The notes: generated from the sequence alone by a model not told the origin. 63,319 nucleotides of DNA, filler included, from Basidioascus undulatus (GCA_000826855.1; 12 parts of 12 records of this genome joined end to end with filler, not necessarily neighbours in it); one strand, 5' to 3'. Counted from the whole stretch's first letter, positions 10,263 through 24,461 are shown. Numbers and translations are program-made.

Positions 10263-13102
10263 TCAAGCCTTCTCGGTGGAGCCCTGCTCGGGGTCGGGAA
10301 CGACTGCCTGCGGCCGGCCCTCCTTGCCCACCTTCAGACGAACAAAGAGAACCGTCACAGCGGCTGCCGAGATCCTGCAGACATACGTGCCAGTCAGCAC
10401 AAGGATCGTGTGAACTAAAAAAATGGAATCGCGTACATTGCTGTCGTGGTCGACCAGCCGATGGTGTAGCCCGGACTGTCGTAGGACGGCCACACCTGGC
10501 TACCGTACACCGAGGCCAGGTTGCCGAGCCCATTGACCTGTGATAGAGTTTTGGGTCAGCGCTTTAGTCCATTTGTCTTGTAATTTACATATTTACGCAC
10601 CATAGCTATGGCAACTGCCCTCTTCTCTGCCGGCTCGCCAATCGTGTTTGAGCTGGAGCCGAGATACGAGAAACGTGAGTACACATTACTTTCGAAGCTA
10701 CGACTTCGCCGTTGCAACTCACGCATACGAGAGGAAGATTGGAAGGCCTAAGGGAAAGCGTAAGCTACCGGTTCAAACAAGAAGGGGACAAGAAAGGCGA
10801 GACCTACCCGACCAGATACCACTGGCACCGAGACAAATGCAGATGTATCTGGCGACCAAACCTTTGAGCACAGGGCAGCATCCCCGCTATACAACAGACC
10901 AAACTTACCTCGCCACGGTGTTTGTGACGGCCGCACAGGCGATGAAGGATGCGGCTGCTACAACGAACGCTCCGATCATGTGCCAAGGACGTTCGTTCAC
11001 ACGATCGGCGTGCCAGGCAGTGATGTTGGAACAGATGGCAGCAGCAACGTCTACACGGACGGGGGAGTCAGTCGTCTGTCTCATCAGTTCAATTATATCA
11101 ACCTGCAAATCTTTCCTCGTACAGCATAGGAAAGTTTCTTACAGATCGGCACAGTCATGAACTGCGCATCACGGCCCTTATAACCGAGGGTGACGGCCAG
11201 AGTCGGAAGGAACTGTAGACTCTACTGTCAGAACTCGCAGGACACGTGAGTCACATATCCAACATCCTACATAGGAGATCGTTCCAGCGCCGCTGATCAT
11301 CTGGTAAGCGAAAGCGAACGTCCTGGAGGAAGGGCGTTGTGTTAGCTGGACACGGGAGAAGATGAATGACGCCCAAGACGGCAGAGGGAAGCAGGGCAGC
11401 ACGACATACCAAGTTCTGGAAAAGACAGGTCAGTACTCCGAAGCATATTATAGCCAGAAAAGTCTAACTTACTTCCAGTCCTTGCAGGCCACTACGAAGG
11501 ATTGCCAGTGGCTCAGGCGTTCGCCATCGGAAGAGCTTAGTGTGACAAGGCGCTGCACGGCAACGTAGCGCTCCTCCTCGTTCAGCCATTTAGTGGTGGC
11601 CGGGTAGTCTAAGTTGAACAAATTCAACCAATGTTTAACCATACATTAGAGATGTATAGCCTTTGGCTTACCGGGAAGCACGAAAGCGGCGACCAATGAG
11701 ACAACGATAGTCGCAAGACCCTTCGGATCGGGAAGCTTACGTCAGACCTGCGAAGTGGCGAGTCTGACCTGCACTGCTTACCTCGATCACAAAGAGCTGT
11801 GAATAGGGGGAGCAAACCGAATATCAGCCAATGGTACCGCGATGCAGTGAATACAACAACGCGGGGGTGGAAAGGGGCTTGAGGGTGACTGACCCATTTC
11901 CAGCCCCGAGTGCCGCCCACACCGTCCATGTACTCCGTAATAGCTCCCGCGAGCAGACCACCGAAGGCGCCCGAGATGATCGAGGCGCTGTAGAATATCG
12001 CGAGGCGCTTCGCCATCTCCGTTGGTTTGTACCCTTCAACTACCCAGTCAGCGGTCGTAACGATGCCCGAGGAAGCCCGTTACTTACAGCATGAGAGCAG
12101 GTATACCACACCTATTAGGATCGAATGAGTCTCAGGTTCCCGGTATCGTCATGTCAACGCAGACACGTACCGGGGAAGTAGCCAGCTTCGACGATGCCAA
12201 GGAAGCTGGGCGAAAAGTGCGACGAGTCAGTCACTTTGCTGGAAAACAGTACAAGAAACCCATATCATACAAGCGGATAGCGACCTGTTGAGCAGTCATT
12301 TTCAGCTCCTGGTCCTTATGAGAATCACGGAAAATCCTCACCAGGCCCCCGTACGTGTTGACGCCGATCTGCACGCACGCACACGTGGGACGTCAGTTTC
12401 GCGTTGTAAACTGCCTCGCGGGACAAAACGGACCGTGGCCACAGTCATAGACCCCCATACCAGCCTGGAATTTACAGTTCAGCGTGAATTCTGACAGTGG
12501 ATTTACGAGTCGGACTACTCACATCATGCCAGGAAGGTACAGCGAGGGGCGGCTCCGCGAAAGAATCATGTTCGAGGGGACTGCGGCTCGCTGCGTTAGT
12601 CACGGGCGGAAGAGCGATGCTGGATTTTACAAGTACCTTCGGCAAGGAGATAGCCAACGAAGAAGATAGAGAGGGCCGTAGAATAGTCACTGGAGCTCAA
12701 TTCCAAGTCGTCCTCCATGCCGCCCACTCTGTAAAACGGGAAACGCGTTGGCGGCTCTGTATGGCCAAGAGGAATAGGAAACCATGGACGTACTTCGCAT
12801 TGCCTATGTTGGTACGGTCCAGGTAGCTGAACATGTACCTGCAAACCCAAGGTTGAGTCCATTGTGAGCGAAAACTTGCTTGTGGGCTACAGAGGCACGA
12901 CGCACATCACCCAAAGCATCGGCATAACACGCCTGTCCATCTTTCTTAGGACAGTCTTCTCCAGCTCCGCCATACGCTCGGGGTCGAGACGCGCCACGTT
13001 CGTGTCCTCCATTACTGCATGCTCAATCTCCGCTATCTCGGTCTTCGTGTCGTCACCAAGCATCCCTGCCATCGATGGCAGCGTCGTGCCTTTGGCGTCC
13101 AT
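10263..13102 (-). CDS. MFS transporter, ACS (Tna1/Dal5-like) family, many exons
   Basis: MDAKG...EKTVLRKMDRRVMPMLWVM; YLDRTNIGNAK; GMEDDLELSSSDYSTALSIFFVGYLLAEV; MAKRLAIFYSASIISGAFGGLLAG...GWKW; HADRVNERPWH; ends GSTEKA* at 10263. Confidence 0.88.
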
Positions 13103-14258
13103 TATGGCGTAACCTGTAGACCAGGCTTGACGTAGGTCGGAAAGCGCGGGCGTCCGAGGAGGTGCTTTGGGACGGGTTCTTGGGAGTGGGAGTGTGGGGA
13201 CTGTGGGGAAGACGGCGCTGCCGGGCACCCGTCTTCTTTTACCCTGCCATGTCCAGGCCGGCGGAGGCTGTTCGAGTTGGACATGTGGGTACGGATATTG
13301 GCATTCAAACGGTAGAAGACGGTAAACCCAGGACATCCGGCCAAGTGCACTGTTTGAGAGTCTCCGTGAGGGAGGCGTTGCCCTCGTGACCTTGCCGGAC
13401 TGCTGGGGAGCTGGTGGAGTTGGCCGGGCACTCGACGCAGAAGTGATTGGCCACAGCATTTGATGATCGAGAATTCAGTTGAAACACGTGGTCGAAGAAG
13501 AACAAAGTATGGCTTGACAGCAGAACGAATGGGTGAGCTTCGAAAAGGCCTTGCAAGTCAGCTGTGCGGCGGTACGACGCCTTTGCAAGACCCAGCAAGC
13601 ATCGCAGATCCATGAGTCGCTTTTTCAAGCCGGCAGGTTGCTCATCCATGCTGATTATGCCTTGGAATGCAACATTAAGCAGACGAGCGCTGGCACAATC
13701 AACGCCCCAGAGTCTACGCCGGTCTTTCGGTATTCAGCGAGCTTGCGCGGGTGTGGGAAACTGTACGTGGTGAGTACGTTGGTGTCCTGTAACTTGCCCA
13801 TGCATGTCCGGCATGGTGGCACACTAGCCAGTGGAGGGCTGCCTTGAACAAAGTTACAAGCAAAAATTATGATCAGAATGCGAACATCGATGCTGTACCT
13901 CCGAAACGACAGTAAGATTTAAGGAACAGACAATGCAGACGTACGCCACACCCGAAGCACTGAACCAACAAGAAATATTAAACAGAATTCCGTCTCCCTA
14001 TACAACCGAAATTAATAGTCACCCTGCGGTCGCTGCGGTCGCATTTCCGTATGTCAGCCGCGCACCGCATGTACAGCTAATGCCCTTGAAAGCGTTGTGA
14101 AGGCCTTTTACAGAAGATATACATGCGCTGAGTCATTTTCTGTAATCAGCAGATGAACATAGAAAAACCATAGCTGGCTACGCTGGGATGCTTCGTAAGG
14201 GCACATCCTCCGGCGGTCCAGCGGATCTCGCATGCATAGAAAGCTCATAATACGTAAC

Positions 14259-15587
14259 TCAATAGTATCGGCCGCCAGATCCCCAGCCGCTTACTCCAGC
14301 GGGATACCCTCCATACCCACCTCCCGGGCCTCCGTAGGGGCCGTACTCGCCATAACTGCTTGTTCGTCTTCGACCTGTCACAGACACGAGTAAGCCCGAA
14401 GCCGCACGTTTGTTCCAAACAGAGGTGGCTCACCCCATGACCCGTGAGCGCGCCCTTCAACCTCATCTTGCAACAAATCCGGATACAGTCCGGGGCCGAG
14501 CGTAGACCGGCGGAGTCTCCGTAGACGGCTGTGGGTCTGTAGGTTGAGCATGGCCCATCAGTCAGTGCGCTTCGAGGCAGTGCCGACGAAATGGTTGCAC
14601 TTCTTCGTAACACTTCTCGGCGGTTTCAGCCTGTCCAGCCAAGGTGTAGGTAAGAAAGACTCTGAGTAACAGAAGTAGAAGAGCTTACAGCCCACTCGCA
14701 CGCGTCTTTGGGCGCCTCGCCGTACTGGCCTGACCGCTCGCAAAGGCTGCACCGGCGCAAATAGATGATTAGAGACACGAAATCCAGTTCGCCCCATACC
14801 GTGTAAGGACATACTTAAGGACCTCCGCAATCGCCATCCCTGCAACCCACTCGCCGACGTCGTGCATGTGGTAAGTGGTCTGAGAAATGAGAGCCGTGTG
14901 ATGGTTTTCCCTACAAACATAGTCAGACTAGGGGTAAGAGCGTCGACCAGAAGAGGAAAGGTACCAGATGAGGAACGCCCTTCACCCGGTCAACCAGAGT
15001 GAGCCGACCAGACTGGACGCTTCGGATGGATCGATGGAACCAGACGCACTGGTAGCCTGCCGCAGCTCCCAACTCCTTCGGTCCAATGTCTCTCAAGTCA
15101 TGCTATGCAGCACAGAATGAGCCTGCTTTTCCGTCAAGCCTGTCCTCCCATCGACAGGCCCCGCTTCGGAAAGACGGACTTACAAAATGACCGTAAACTC
15201 GTGCATGTGCGCGCCGCGCTTCGTCCAACCCCGCTCCAACACCAAAACGGAAGAGCTACAGATAGGCTTTCTATTCAGCTCACCTGTGGTCTCATTCCGA
15301 ACAACAATGCAGGGAGCGAGACGTACGTTCTTGATGGCTGCGAAGATTTCCCCCAGAACCGTGTGCGGAAAGGTTCCGCGGTAGGACGACCGCGTAGGCC
15401 CCAGAGCGCCGTAGTGGGCTTGGAACCAGTCCTGTCCAGTCCAGTTCGGCTGTGCGACGAAGCCAGGCCTGGAGGTTCAGGGAGGTGGATGAGAGTCAAT
15501 GTGGGCTTGCCAACAGCAGTACGAGGCCTCTTTCAGGAACGGCCGTACGCACGCTGGGGCGTATCCGTAGTGATAACCGTTGTACAT
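14259..15587 (-). CDS. Conserved-looking basidiomycete hypothetical protein, weakly CipC/DUF3759-like, about 9 exons (missed by the ORF track)
   Basis: Exons in consistent phase: MYNGYHYGYAPA / PGFVAQPNWTGQDWFQAHY... / GVGAGLDEARRAHARVYGHF / DLRDIGPKELGAAAGYQ / EWVAGMAIAEVLN / LCERSG... / G-Y-rich tail GGPGGGYGGYPAGVSGWGSGGRYY*. Confidence 0.6.
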
Positions 15588-16151
15588 TCAAGGATATGAT
15601 GATGGTGAATTACGCTGTTGATGGGGCCTTGAACGATGGTGGAGCTAAAGAGACTTGAAGAGATGGCGGTGGCGGACAAGAGGAGAACTGGTCCGGTCTT
15701 TGGGCGCTCAATAATGAAGTGTTCTGCTTTTGTCACGGCGAGGAACAATCGATATGGAGCACGTGCAAAATCGGAAGGAGCCTTCAGGTCGCTGTACATA
15801 TATTTGACTGCTAGCGGGACAGTGAGCGGAACAGGCGGAGCCGCGCATGTGGCGCTGCCTCGGAGAGCGCACGGAGCGCGCAGCACATTAGTTGTACTAC
15901 CGACGTCGTCCAAAGAAAGGAGAACAATAACCTGCAAAGGCAATACCCTACAAAGGCGGTTCTCTGAGGTTAGGGACAGATGGATTTCGCTACAGCAGAA
16001 GTGGCGACCTGCCATAAGCGAGCGGTGAGGTGCCTGACATCGATGCTAACGCACATGGACCTTCAGAACATAGGCCAGACCAAGCCAGCCTCAGATGCAT
16101 AAGGACCAAAAGACGGTGTTAGGCAAGAACCAGATTCATCTATCGTATCGT

Positions 16152-17203
16152 CTATTGCTGCAAAAACTGCTCTAGCCGCTTGATCTTCTCCGCGCCCTCG
16201 AGGCGCATCCCGACCCACTCGTTGAGCATCTCTGCCCCGAGCGTCTTTTCGTAGAACCCGATTGATGGGGCGTTCCACTGTCATACGCTCAGAGGCACTC
16301 AAGTCAGCCCGCATTCCGTGGCCTGCCATGTAAGTAGGAAAAGCAGATGAATTCACGCCGTACCTTGAGCACGTTCCAGTCAACCCGGGCACACCCTTTC
16401 TCCTGGGCGATCTGGCCCAGACGGCCGAACAGCACCTTGCCCACGCCGCCGTTCCGGTACGCCTTGCTCACGTACAGATCCTCAAGGAAGAGTGAGGGCG
16501 CTAAAGGCGACAATCAAGACTCACCGTGAGTGCAGGAGAAACAGTTGTGTGGGTATGTGGACGTACCGCCTGTCCAGGTCGAATACGTGAAGAAGTACTG
16601 TTGAGCCCCATGCGTCAATGAATGAATGTGTCCCGGACGAGGCCAAAGCCTGTCGCTGGCGCAACGCATCGGGGATTTGATCGACGCACGAGAGCCATGC
16701 CGAACACGTCGCCCTGTGCGTCCGGCGTGCCCTGCACAGCGAGGATTGCGTTCGCATATCTCTTCTCGAATACGTTTGTGCGAATCTGCATGGATGAAGT
16801 CCGTGTTGTGTACAAACAGCGACAGTGCGAGAAGACCGATCAATCATTCGCGATTAGCAGCGATGAGTGGACCAGTGAGCCATTGATGTGATCGAGAGAT
16901 TCGAATAGGTGAGCGCGATGTCGAAGAACAGTTGGGAAATAGCGAAGGCGTTGAAGATGACGGTTAACGAAGAACCGCATAACATGGATTCGAGACGCAC
17001 CGACTCCTCAGTCGCCTTGACCTGATCAAGCGCCTTCTCGTACTCAGCCTGAATTAAAGAGCAATGGTCAACTGGAAAGTGATCGCGAGCGTACCAGAGT
17101 CATAAAGCTAACTTACAAGTTCCTTGATCAGTCCCAAGATCGCCCCGGCTTCGCCAGCCGTCGCAGGGCGGATGAAGAAGTCTTTGTTTGGGGCAGAAGA
17201 CAT
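16152..17203 (-). CDS. GNAT N-acetyltransferase (diamine/SSAT, Ats1-like)
   Basis: FFIRPAT...ILGLIKEL/AEYEKA; YFFTYSTWTG; LFLEDLYVSKAYRNGGVGKVLF; GCARVDWNVLK/WNAPSIGFYEKTLGA. Confidence 0.9.
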
Positions 17204-17653
17204 GATCGCTGCTGAAGTGGTGAAGGTGAAAGAAGCTGCGTCCAGGCGGACGTGACCGGCCAGGTGCCGAGTCGCCGGAACCGGCCCTGAAGATGTGTTG
17301 CATCGCTGCATATTAGAATATGTGTGAGGCGACTGTAAGTGATGTATATACTTAAACATTCCAAGGTTGATATACGCGAGCGAATGTCAGAGCGAGCTGA
17401 GCGAACTGCCTTCCTCCTCCCACCCGAATTCCTCACTGTAATACATGCAATACGCAAGTGTCATTATGTTCCAAGAAATGGCTGAAAGACACCGAAGTAC
17501 GAAAAACGACAGCCAGAATGTATGCCAACAGCGAAAGCGAATGTGCGAGGCGCAACCAGCGACTCAATAATGTCGAAGTGGAACAAAATGCAACAGCTCC
17601 GCGATGCTCCCATCCAACTCCTCCTGTCGACCGGAACTGTCCACCTAAGCCAC

Positions 17654-20600
17654 CTACTCCTCCATCGCCTCCCCCGCGCGCGGCCCTTCCTCCTCGGAAA
17701 GCTCGCTCTCCCCGCCGCTTCCACCGCCAAAGATCGACTTGCTCAAGTCCTCCCTGCTCGGCGAAGACGTGCCGACGCCGCCGCCGCCGTCGCTCGCAGC
17801 GGGCTTCATCTTCGAGCGCTTGGAGGCGGGGGCGGTGGAGGTGGAAGTGGACGGCCCGGGCACAGCGCCGTCGCCCTCCTCCTCCTCCTCGGACGGGGAC
17901 GCGCTCCGCGCGCGCTTCTTGCCCTTGCCCTTCGCGGTCGAAGCGGACGCGGCGGCGGGGACGGCGGAGGTTCTGGTGGACCGGCGCCTCGAGGTAGGCT
18001 TCGTCTGCGCCTTCGCCTTCGCCTTGGGCGTGGGCTTAGGCTTCGCCGCCGCCTTGCGCTTGCCCTTCGCGGTCACGGTCAGGGCTTTCGCCTTGCCCTT
18101 GCCCTTCGCCTTTGACGTCGACGCGGACGCCGCTGCCGTAGCGCGGATCGCGCGCTTCCTCGGCGGCTCCTCCTCCTCCTTCTCTTCCTCCTCGCTCTCC
18201 TCCTCCTCTTCTTCTTCTTCCTCCTCGCTCTCCTCCTCGTCGTCCGAGGACACGAAGCCCATCGCCGCAGCTGCGGCCGCCTCGTCCGCGAGGCGCTTCG
18301 CGCGCTCCTTCTCGAGCTCCTTCAGGCCTCCGATATGGCTGGCGAGGCTGCGGTGGAACTCTGTTGCGCGCCGCGTCAGCGGAGGCACACTCGAACCAGC
18401 GCTGCAACAAGGTGGCGGGGAGGAGGAACGCACCGGTCTTGTTGACAGGCTTCATCTTCTTCTTTGCCGAGGCCGCGCCGTTCTTGGGCGGAGCGGACCC
18501 CGTCTCCTTCGCGGCGGCAGCAGCGAGCGCCTCGGCCTTCTCCTCCTCCTCCACCTTGGCTTTGAGCTTGGCCTTCCTGTACTTCCACTGCAAGGGCGGC
18601 GATACACCTTCATCAGCTGCCCGCCCAAGTCCACCCAACGCGCACCGCGATCAATGAACCTTCGTGTCCTCCTCCTTGCTCATTTTCGCTGTTCACCCAC
18701 CAATAAAGCCCATCAACACGCGGCGCCCTCTCCCAACCAATGGCCGGCAAGAACCACTCACTCAGATGCCATATCCACTTCCCCAGATCATGGTTAGGCG
18801 GGATCGCGGACGACCTCCCCCTGCGGCCGGCGCGCCGAACAGGCTTGACATCCTCCTCGTCGTCGTCCGGAGCAGGGAGCTGGTCGAACTCGTCGTCGTC
18901 CTCCTTGTAGCGGACGGCGACCGTGCTCCGGCGCGGCTGGCGGCGCTTGCGCGGGCGGTCGGACGCCTCCTCGTCCTCGTCCATCTCGGACGCGGGCTTC
19001 GTGTCCTCCGGGGCAGGCGGCGGAGGCTGGTCCGCGCGCGCCTTGCCCTTGCCCTTGTACTTAGAGACGGGGGCGGCGGGCGCGGACGAGGGCGCGGCGG
19101 CGTCGCTCTCGGCTTCCGAGTCCGAGTCGGGCCCGAGGTAGGCGTTGTCGTCCTCATAGAAGGGCGCGGTCTCGATCACGTCCCATTGCGGCTCGAGCTG
19201 TACAATACCCCCGCTCACATCAGTAAATGGAGATCGTACTTTTCGTCAGTACAAGACGACGACTCACCGGCCGGCGACCAAGCTTCGCGAGCATCTGGAA
19301 GTGCCTGAGTGTTATGGGCACCGACTCGTCGCAGTAGAACGCGACGACCTGTCTCCATCCATCTCAACGTCAGCCCCCGTCTGCGCCACGCCATCAGCAA
19401 AGCCTGGACACACGTGCGTGTTCCCGTTCACGATGGCATGGGTGAAGAACTCGGCCGTGACGCGGTGCTTGGGCCCGAATGCCTCGAGGATGGCGATCGC
19501 GACGGGGAGCGAGCTCTCCGGGTACGCAAGCCTGAGCGATTTGTCCTCGCTGCGTCCCCCAAACTGGTTCCCACGCAACCGTCAGTCCTCTCCTCCTGTG
19601 TTTTAATTCCTGTCCTAATCCCGACACACCGAGTTGTGCCAGTAGCTCCTCCTCCTGCGCCCATAGTAGAAGCTCGACGAGCCCTCCTCAGCAAGCCGGC
19701 TCGCGAGCCCGGACTGGCTGACGTGCCCGAGCTCGCTCGCCGTCGGCGGCGCGGGGAGCGCGCCCGAGTCCTCGACGGGGTTCAGGAGCGAGCCGGGGGC
19801 GTTCCCGGTCCCGTTCAAGGTCCCGTTCGTCGCGGTGGAGGGGCCCGCCTCGGCCGGCTGCGGCTGCGTGTTCTCCGCGTCGTCCTCCTCGTCCTCGTCC
19901 TCCAGCGCGCGTTCGTCGTCCTTGAACAACCCGTACACGTCGTTGCGGCTCGACTGCGTCCGCGTGCACTCGGGTCAGCCCCATCCCCTCTTCAGGACCA
20001 GAGGGAATAACGCACCTCGTAGTCGTAGTTGATCTTGGTCTTGAACTTCGGCGGGTCCTCGGAGAGCGCGTCGATGTCGATCGCGTACGTCTTGATCGCA
20101 CGCCGGATCGTCTTCTTCATCTGCGGGTACTTCTCGAGCAATATCGCAAGAAGGTTGCCCTGCACTCCCCGACCGAATCAGCCCCAGCCCAGCGTCTTCC
20201 TTCTTCCCCCTCTTTCTCCATTCCCCTGTCCGCAAAGCACCTTGGATGGCCGCTCCAAGCACTTGACGACGACGTCCCTGACGACGACCTCGACGTCGTC
20301 CTCGCCCAGGTCGAGGTACGTGCACGCAAAGTCGAGCACGAGCTGCGCGTCGTCCTCCTTCTCGCCGATGAACGGGTTCGCGAGGAGGTGGACGACCGCG
20401 TCGCGGTCGAACCCGCCCGGGCCGATGCGCACGCTCATCTCGACCATCTTGTCCCGCGACTGCTGCAGCGTCTTGACGTCCTTGGAGGTAAAGATGACGA
20501 GAAGCACGACTTCGAGGACGGACTGTGGACAGGGAAGAAGACATCAGCCCAAATCCTCTTCCCCACCACCACCACCACCCAACCACCCACGCACCCGATC

Positions 20601-22489
20601 GTCCGGACAAGGAAAGTCTGACCACAGCCTCGTCAGGAGCGTGGACTCCGACAAAACCGAGCGAGACGTCTTGAAGAGCTGGAATCATCATCCACGCAGC
20701 GCACCCCTCACTCTTCAGTCCCGCCATCCCCCACACTTGAAAGACCGCTGCTTACGCACCTTGAGCAAGTCGCGCACAAGGTCCGCAAGCTCAAAGTGCA
20801 GCTCGCCCTCCAGCTGCTCCCCCCACCTACATCAGTTCTCAAACCCGCCGTGGGTACAAAGCGACGCAAGAGGCACGTCGAGCTGCTTGAGCGCTTCGTA
20901 CGCAATCTGTGCGAGCATCCCAGCCATTCCATCAGTTCCCGTTTCTCTGCTCAACCCATCTTGTAAGAGTGTGCAACACGCACCGGATTCTTCGTCGAGT
21001 CAATGCACACCTCGCTCGCGACCGTCCTGCTCAGAAACAGCCTGTCCCCTCCCAGCTTCCAATCAGCCACCCAACCCACTCAACCCAATCATCCGAAATG
21101 TGAAATCCACACGCACGTCGAGTCCAGCCGCTGATACTCCTTGACTTTCTCGACGATGCGCTTCACGCGCTTGTCGCGCTCCGCGGGCTCGAGCTCCTCC
21201 TCCGAGTCGGCATTATTCCCCGCGCCGCCGCCGCCCCCGGCGTTCCGGAGCTCCTTCTTCTCGAACGCTTTTTCGAAGATGTAGTCCTGTTTCTCCAACA
21301 CCATCACCACCACCACCGTAATACATCGTAAGTAAGAAGCCCGGAGAAAGGTGGGGAGGAGGTGAGGAGGTGAGGGATGCAGAGAAGGAAGACGGCCTGG
21401 GGTGAGGGGGAGAAGAGATGAATGAAGACATCCGACCCACCCTGTAGTTGCTATCGAGCACGAACCCGTTCGCGCGCGCGAGGGGCAGAATGCGTGGCTC
21501 GATCGACAGCGCGCGCGGGAACTCGGCGAGGAGGGGGTCCTTGTCCGAGAAGGGCATGAAGTTGTACTTGGTCTGTCATTCCATCACACCGCGCATCAAC
21601 CCCGCCCACATCTCATCAGTCCCAACGCGAACCACAGCGAAAGATCAGTTCGGAGAGGGGTAGGGAAAGGGGAAGGAGGGAGAAGGGAACAATGAAGACG
21701 CACGAAGATCTCTTCCACCTCCTCCCACTTCACGCTGTTCGCCGTAACCCCACCCGGGAGCGGCCCGCCAGCGCGCTGCGCCTCCGTGAGCCACCGCCCG
21801 AAGCGCATCCCGTCGTCCTCGTTGCGCGTGGGGTCGAGCTCGTCGCCGTACAGGTCCGACGCGACCTTCATGAGGTGCGAGAAGGACCGGAAGGACAGGT
21901 GCTTCGGCTTCCCCCAGCGAGATGAGTTCTTCAGGAAGTGGAGCGCGCCGCGGGCTGTGGGGCGGGGGGAGTCAGGGGAAGGAGAGGAGAGGGGGGAAAG
22001 AGGAGGCGCACTGAAGGTCTGTAGTATGGACTGCGCTAGGTAGCGGCTATAGACTGCCCCGGCTGCGATGAGGGCCTGGCCGGGGGCAAGCCCGAGCGTG
22101 AGCAAGTTCTCATGGACGTAGGGGAGGGATAGAAAGCATGGGAGCGAAGGGGAAGGCGGGGAGGGACGCACATCGATCACCTCCGGCGTAAGGACGCCCG
22201 GCACGCCGACAGCGCGGAAGAGGGCCTGCGTGCGCCCATAGCGCTCGATGAAGTACCGCGCGCGGACGTACGGCGCGGCGGAGAAGTCGCGGTAGTGCTT
22301 CGCGGTCTTCAGTCCCGGTCATCAGTACCGTCCATTCAATCCGTCGGGCGAGGAGAGAGGGGAGGTGGGATGGAGGGTGAGGAAGGGTGAGGGGTGAGGA
22401 GGAAGCAGAGGACGCACTTGGGAGAACGGCCCGGGGTTCTCGAGGAGCGGGAAGATCACGAGTAGGATCTCGGTGGAGAGCTTCTCCAT
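17654..22489 (-). CDS. Large multi-exon hypothetical protein with an F-box-like N-terminus and an E/K/A-rich low-complexity C-terminus
   Basis: Start MEKLSTEILLVIFPLL; exons RARYFIERYG, MPFSDKDPLLAEFPRALSIEPRILPLARANGF, RLAYPESSLPVA and HDLGKWI; strong GC3 bias; stop at 17654. Function not recognised. Confidence 0.65.
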
Positions 22490-23402
22490 GGCTGGAGAGG
22501 TGGGGGGTGCGGAGGGAAGGGAGAGGGGAAGGGGAGGAGGAAAGCTGGAGTGCGGGGAGGCCGAGAGGTCAGTAAGCTGCTTTCGGGGGAAGATGTTTAG
22601 AGCGCGGATGGGTAAGAATGAGAGTAAATAAGAGGTCCAGGAGTTTCAGCGCCGGGCCAGGATGCGCAGGAATGCGCTTCGGTGTTCGGACGCTCGCCTG
22701 CCAGGCCTGCGAGACTGAGCCTCCTGTCCAGATACAGAGGACACCTCCGGCCCAAGTAATCCTTTCCTTCCCCAACATGGTGCTCGCCCATCGGCCCAAT
22801 GCCTCCCCTCCGACCCACAAGTCCACCTGGTCTGTCCGCGCCGCACCGTGCTACCGAGGCCAAGCAGCGCTCAGAGCACTGATTCAAGCTTTAAAGACGT
22901 TTCTGGATGTGAGATTGGAAGATATTGCGATGTGTGTAATGTGAGATTTGTGAGCGCGGTGGTGGTGGTCGCGGAAGGAGGGCAATGGTCGAGGGTCGGA
23001 CGCGCTCCTGGCCTGTCGGCGCGCGGAGTTGCGGACCGGAGGCGGTCTGCAGCAGGCGCAAAGGCTTTTCATGCCTTTTCCTCAGTGTTCTCTTAGCAAA
23101 ACTTTTAATTTTACATGCATTCTGTCAAGTGTATGCTGCTCGAGGAGACTTCCCACTGTAAAATCGAGGAGAATGTCGCAAGTCTGACAGTTGAAACGAC
23201 TGCGACCCTTCCCATCGGCGCTAAGAATTCACTTTCCCCGAAATGGCCCGCTCCCGCGAGATTGTCCAAGCCCGACTTCTTTGCTCGCCGCCTTACGCTC
23301 GCTCGCTCCTCCTTCTTGTCGGTCTCCTCGCCACCAACAGCAGCGCCGACGCACGCTCACACACTCTCTAGCTCTCCTACTTTCCACTGAGCGTTTACCA
23401 AA

Positions 23403-24461
23403 ATGGTCCGCTTTCCGGCTTGCACTGGGCAGGAAGGAAACCGGGAATGCTGATGAGGGGTTGGGAGGGCAGCGTCCGATTCTGTTGCAGGGTGGGTGGG
23501 CTGGGAGAGGGTAGGAGTGAGAGTGGGATGGAATGGCTGATTGGGATTGTGCGCGGTGAATAGGTCACGAGCGTTCTCTGACGCAGATCGTCTGTGAGTA
23601 GTCCTCATGCAGTCTTAGACGGAAGCCACGCCACTTGCTCACCCCCTCCCCACCCCACAGACAACCGCGAAGGCGACCTTCTCTTGTCGTGCTCAAAGGA
23701 CCACGTCATAAACGTCTGGTTCTCGCACAACGGCGAGCGCCTTGGGACATACAACGGGCACAACGGCACCGTCTGGTCCGTCGCCGTCGACTCGTCGTCC
23801 ACGTACCTTGTCTCCGGCTCGGCCGACAACACGCTCAAGCTCTGGCACATCGCCACGGGCAAGTGCCTGTACACGTGGGAGTTCCCCACCGCTATCAAGC
23901 GCGTCGCGTGGAGCGAGGACGACGCGCGCATCGTCGCGGTCACGGAGCAGCGCATGGGGTATGCGGGCGCGATCCGCGTGTTTGAGATTAACAGGGAGGA
24001 GCCGACCCAGCGTGCGTCTTCCCTTTCCAACCTGTATTCCTCCCCTTCCCTTCCCGTCCCGTTTCCCCTTCTCCATTTCCCTCAACTGCTTCCTTCACCT
24101 TCCCGCCCGGCCTTCCATCTCACCCCACCCCCTCCTCGACAGAGCCCGCCGAGCCCCTCTACTTCTTCAACCCCCTCGGCTCCAAGGTGACCGTCGCCGC
24201 CTTCGCGCCGCTCTCCGAGCAGATCGTCACGGGGCACGAGTCCGGCAAGGTCGCGCGCTTCGACCTCAAGAGCGGCGAGGAGGTGCTTGGCAACGAGAAG
24301 GCGCACTTGGAGCCCGTCACCGACCTGCAGATGGCCCAGGACGGGACGTACTTCATCACGAGCTCGAAGGACAAGTGCGCGAGGGTACGTCCGGGGTTGG
24401 GAGGGGAGGGGAGGTGAGATGATGTGAGGGTGCGGGGAGGTAGTGGGAGAAGGTCAAGCGG
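23403..24461 (+). CDS. TIF34: Translation initiation factor eIF3 subunit I (WD40), 3'-truncated by gap
   Basis: M|RPILLQG|HERSLTQI|..NREGDLLLSCSKDHVINVWFSHNGERLGTYNGHNGTVW; YFITSSKDKCAR. Confidence 0.95.

Noticed and set aside
17522..21144. Long plus-strand ORFs (e.g. 17739-18797, 20029-21144)
   Set aside because: Antisense shadows of a GC3-rich minus-strand gene, with no protein motifs.
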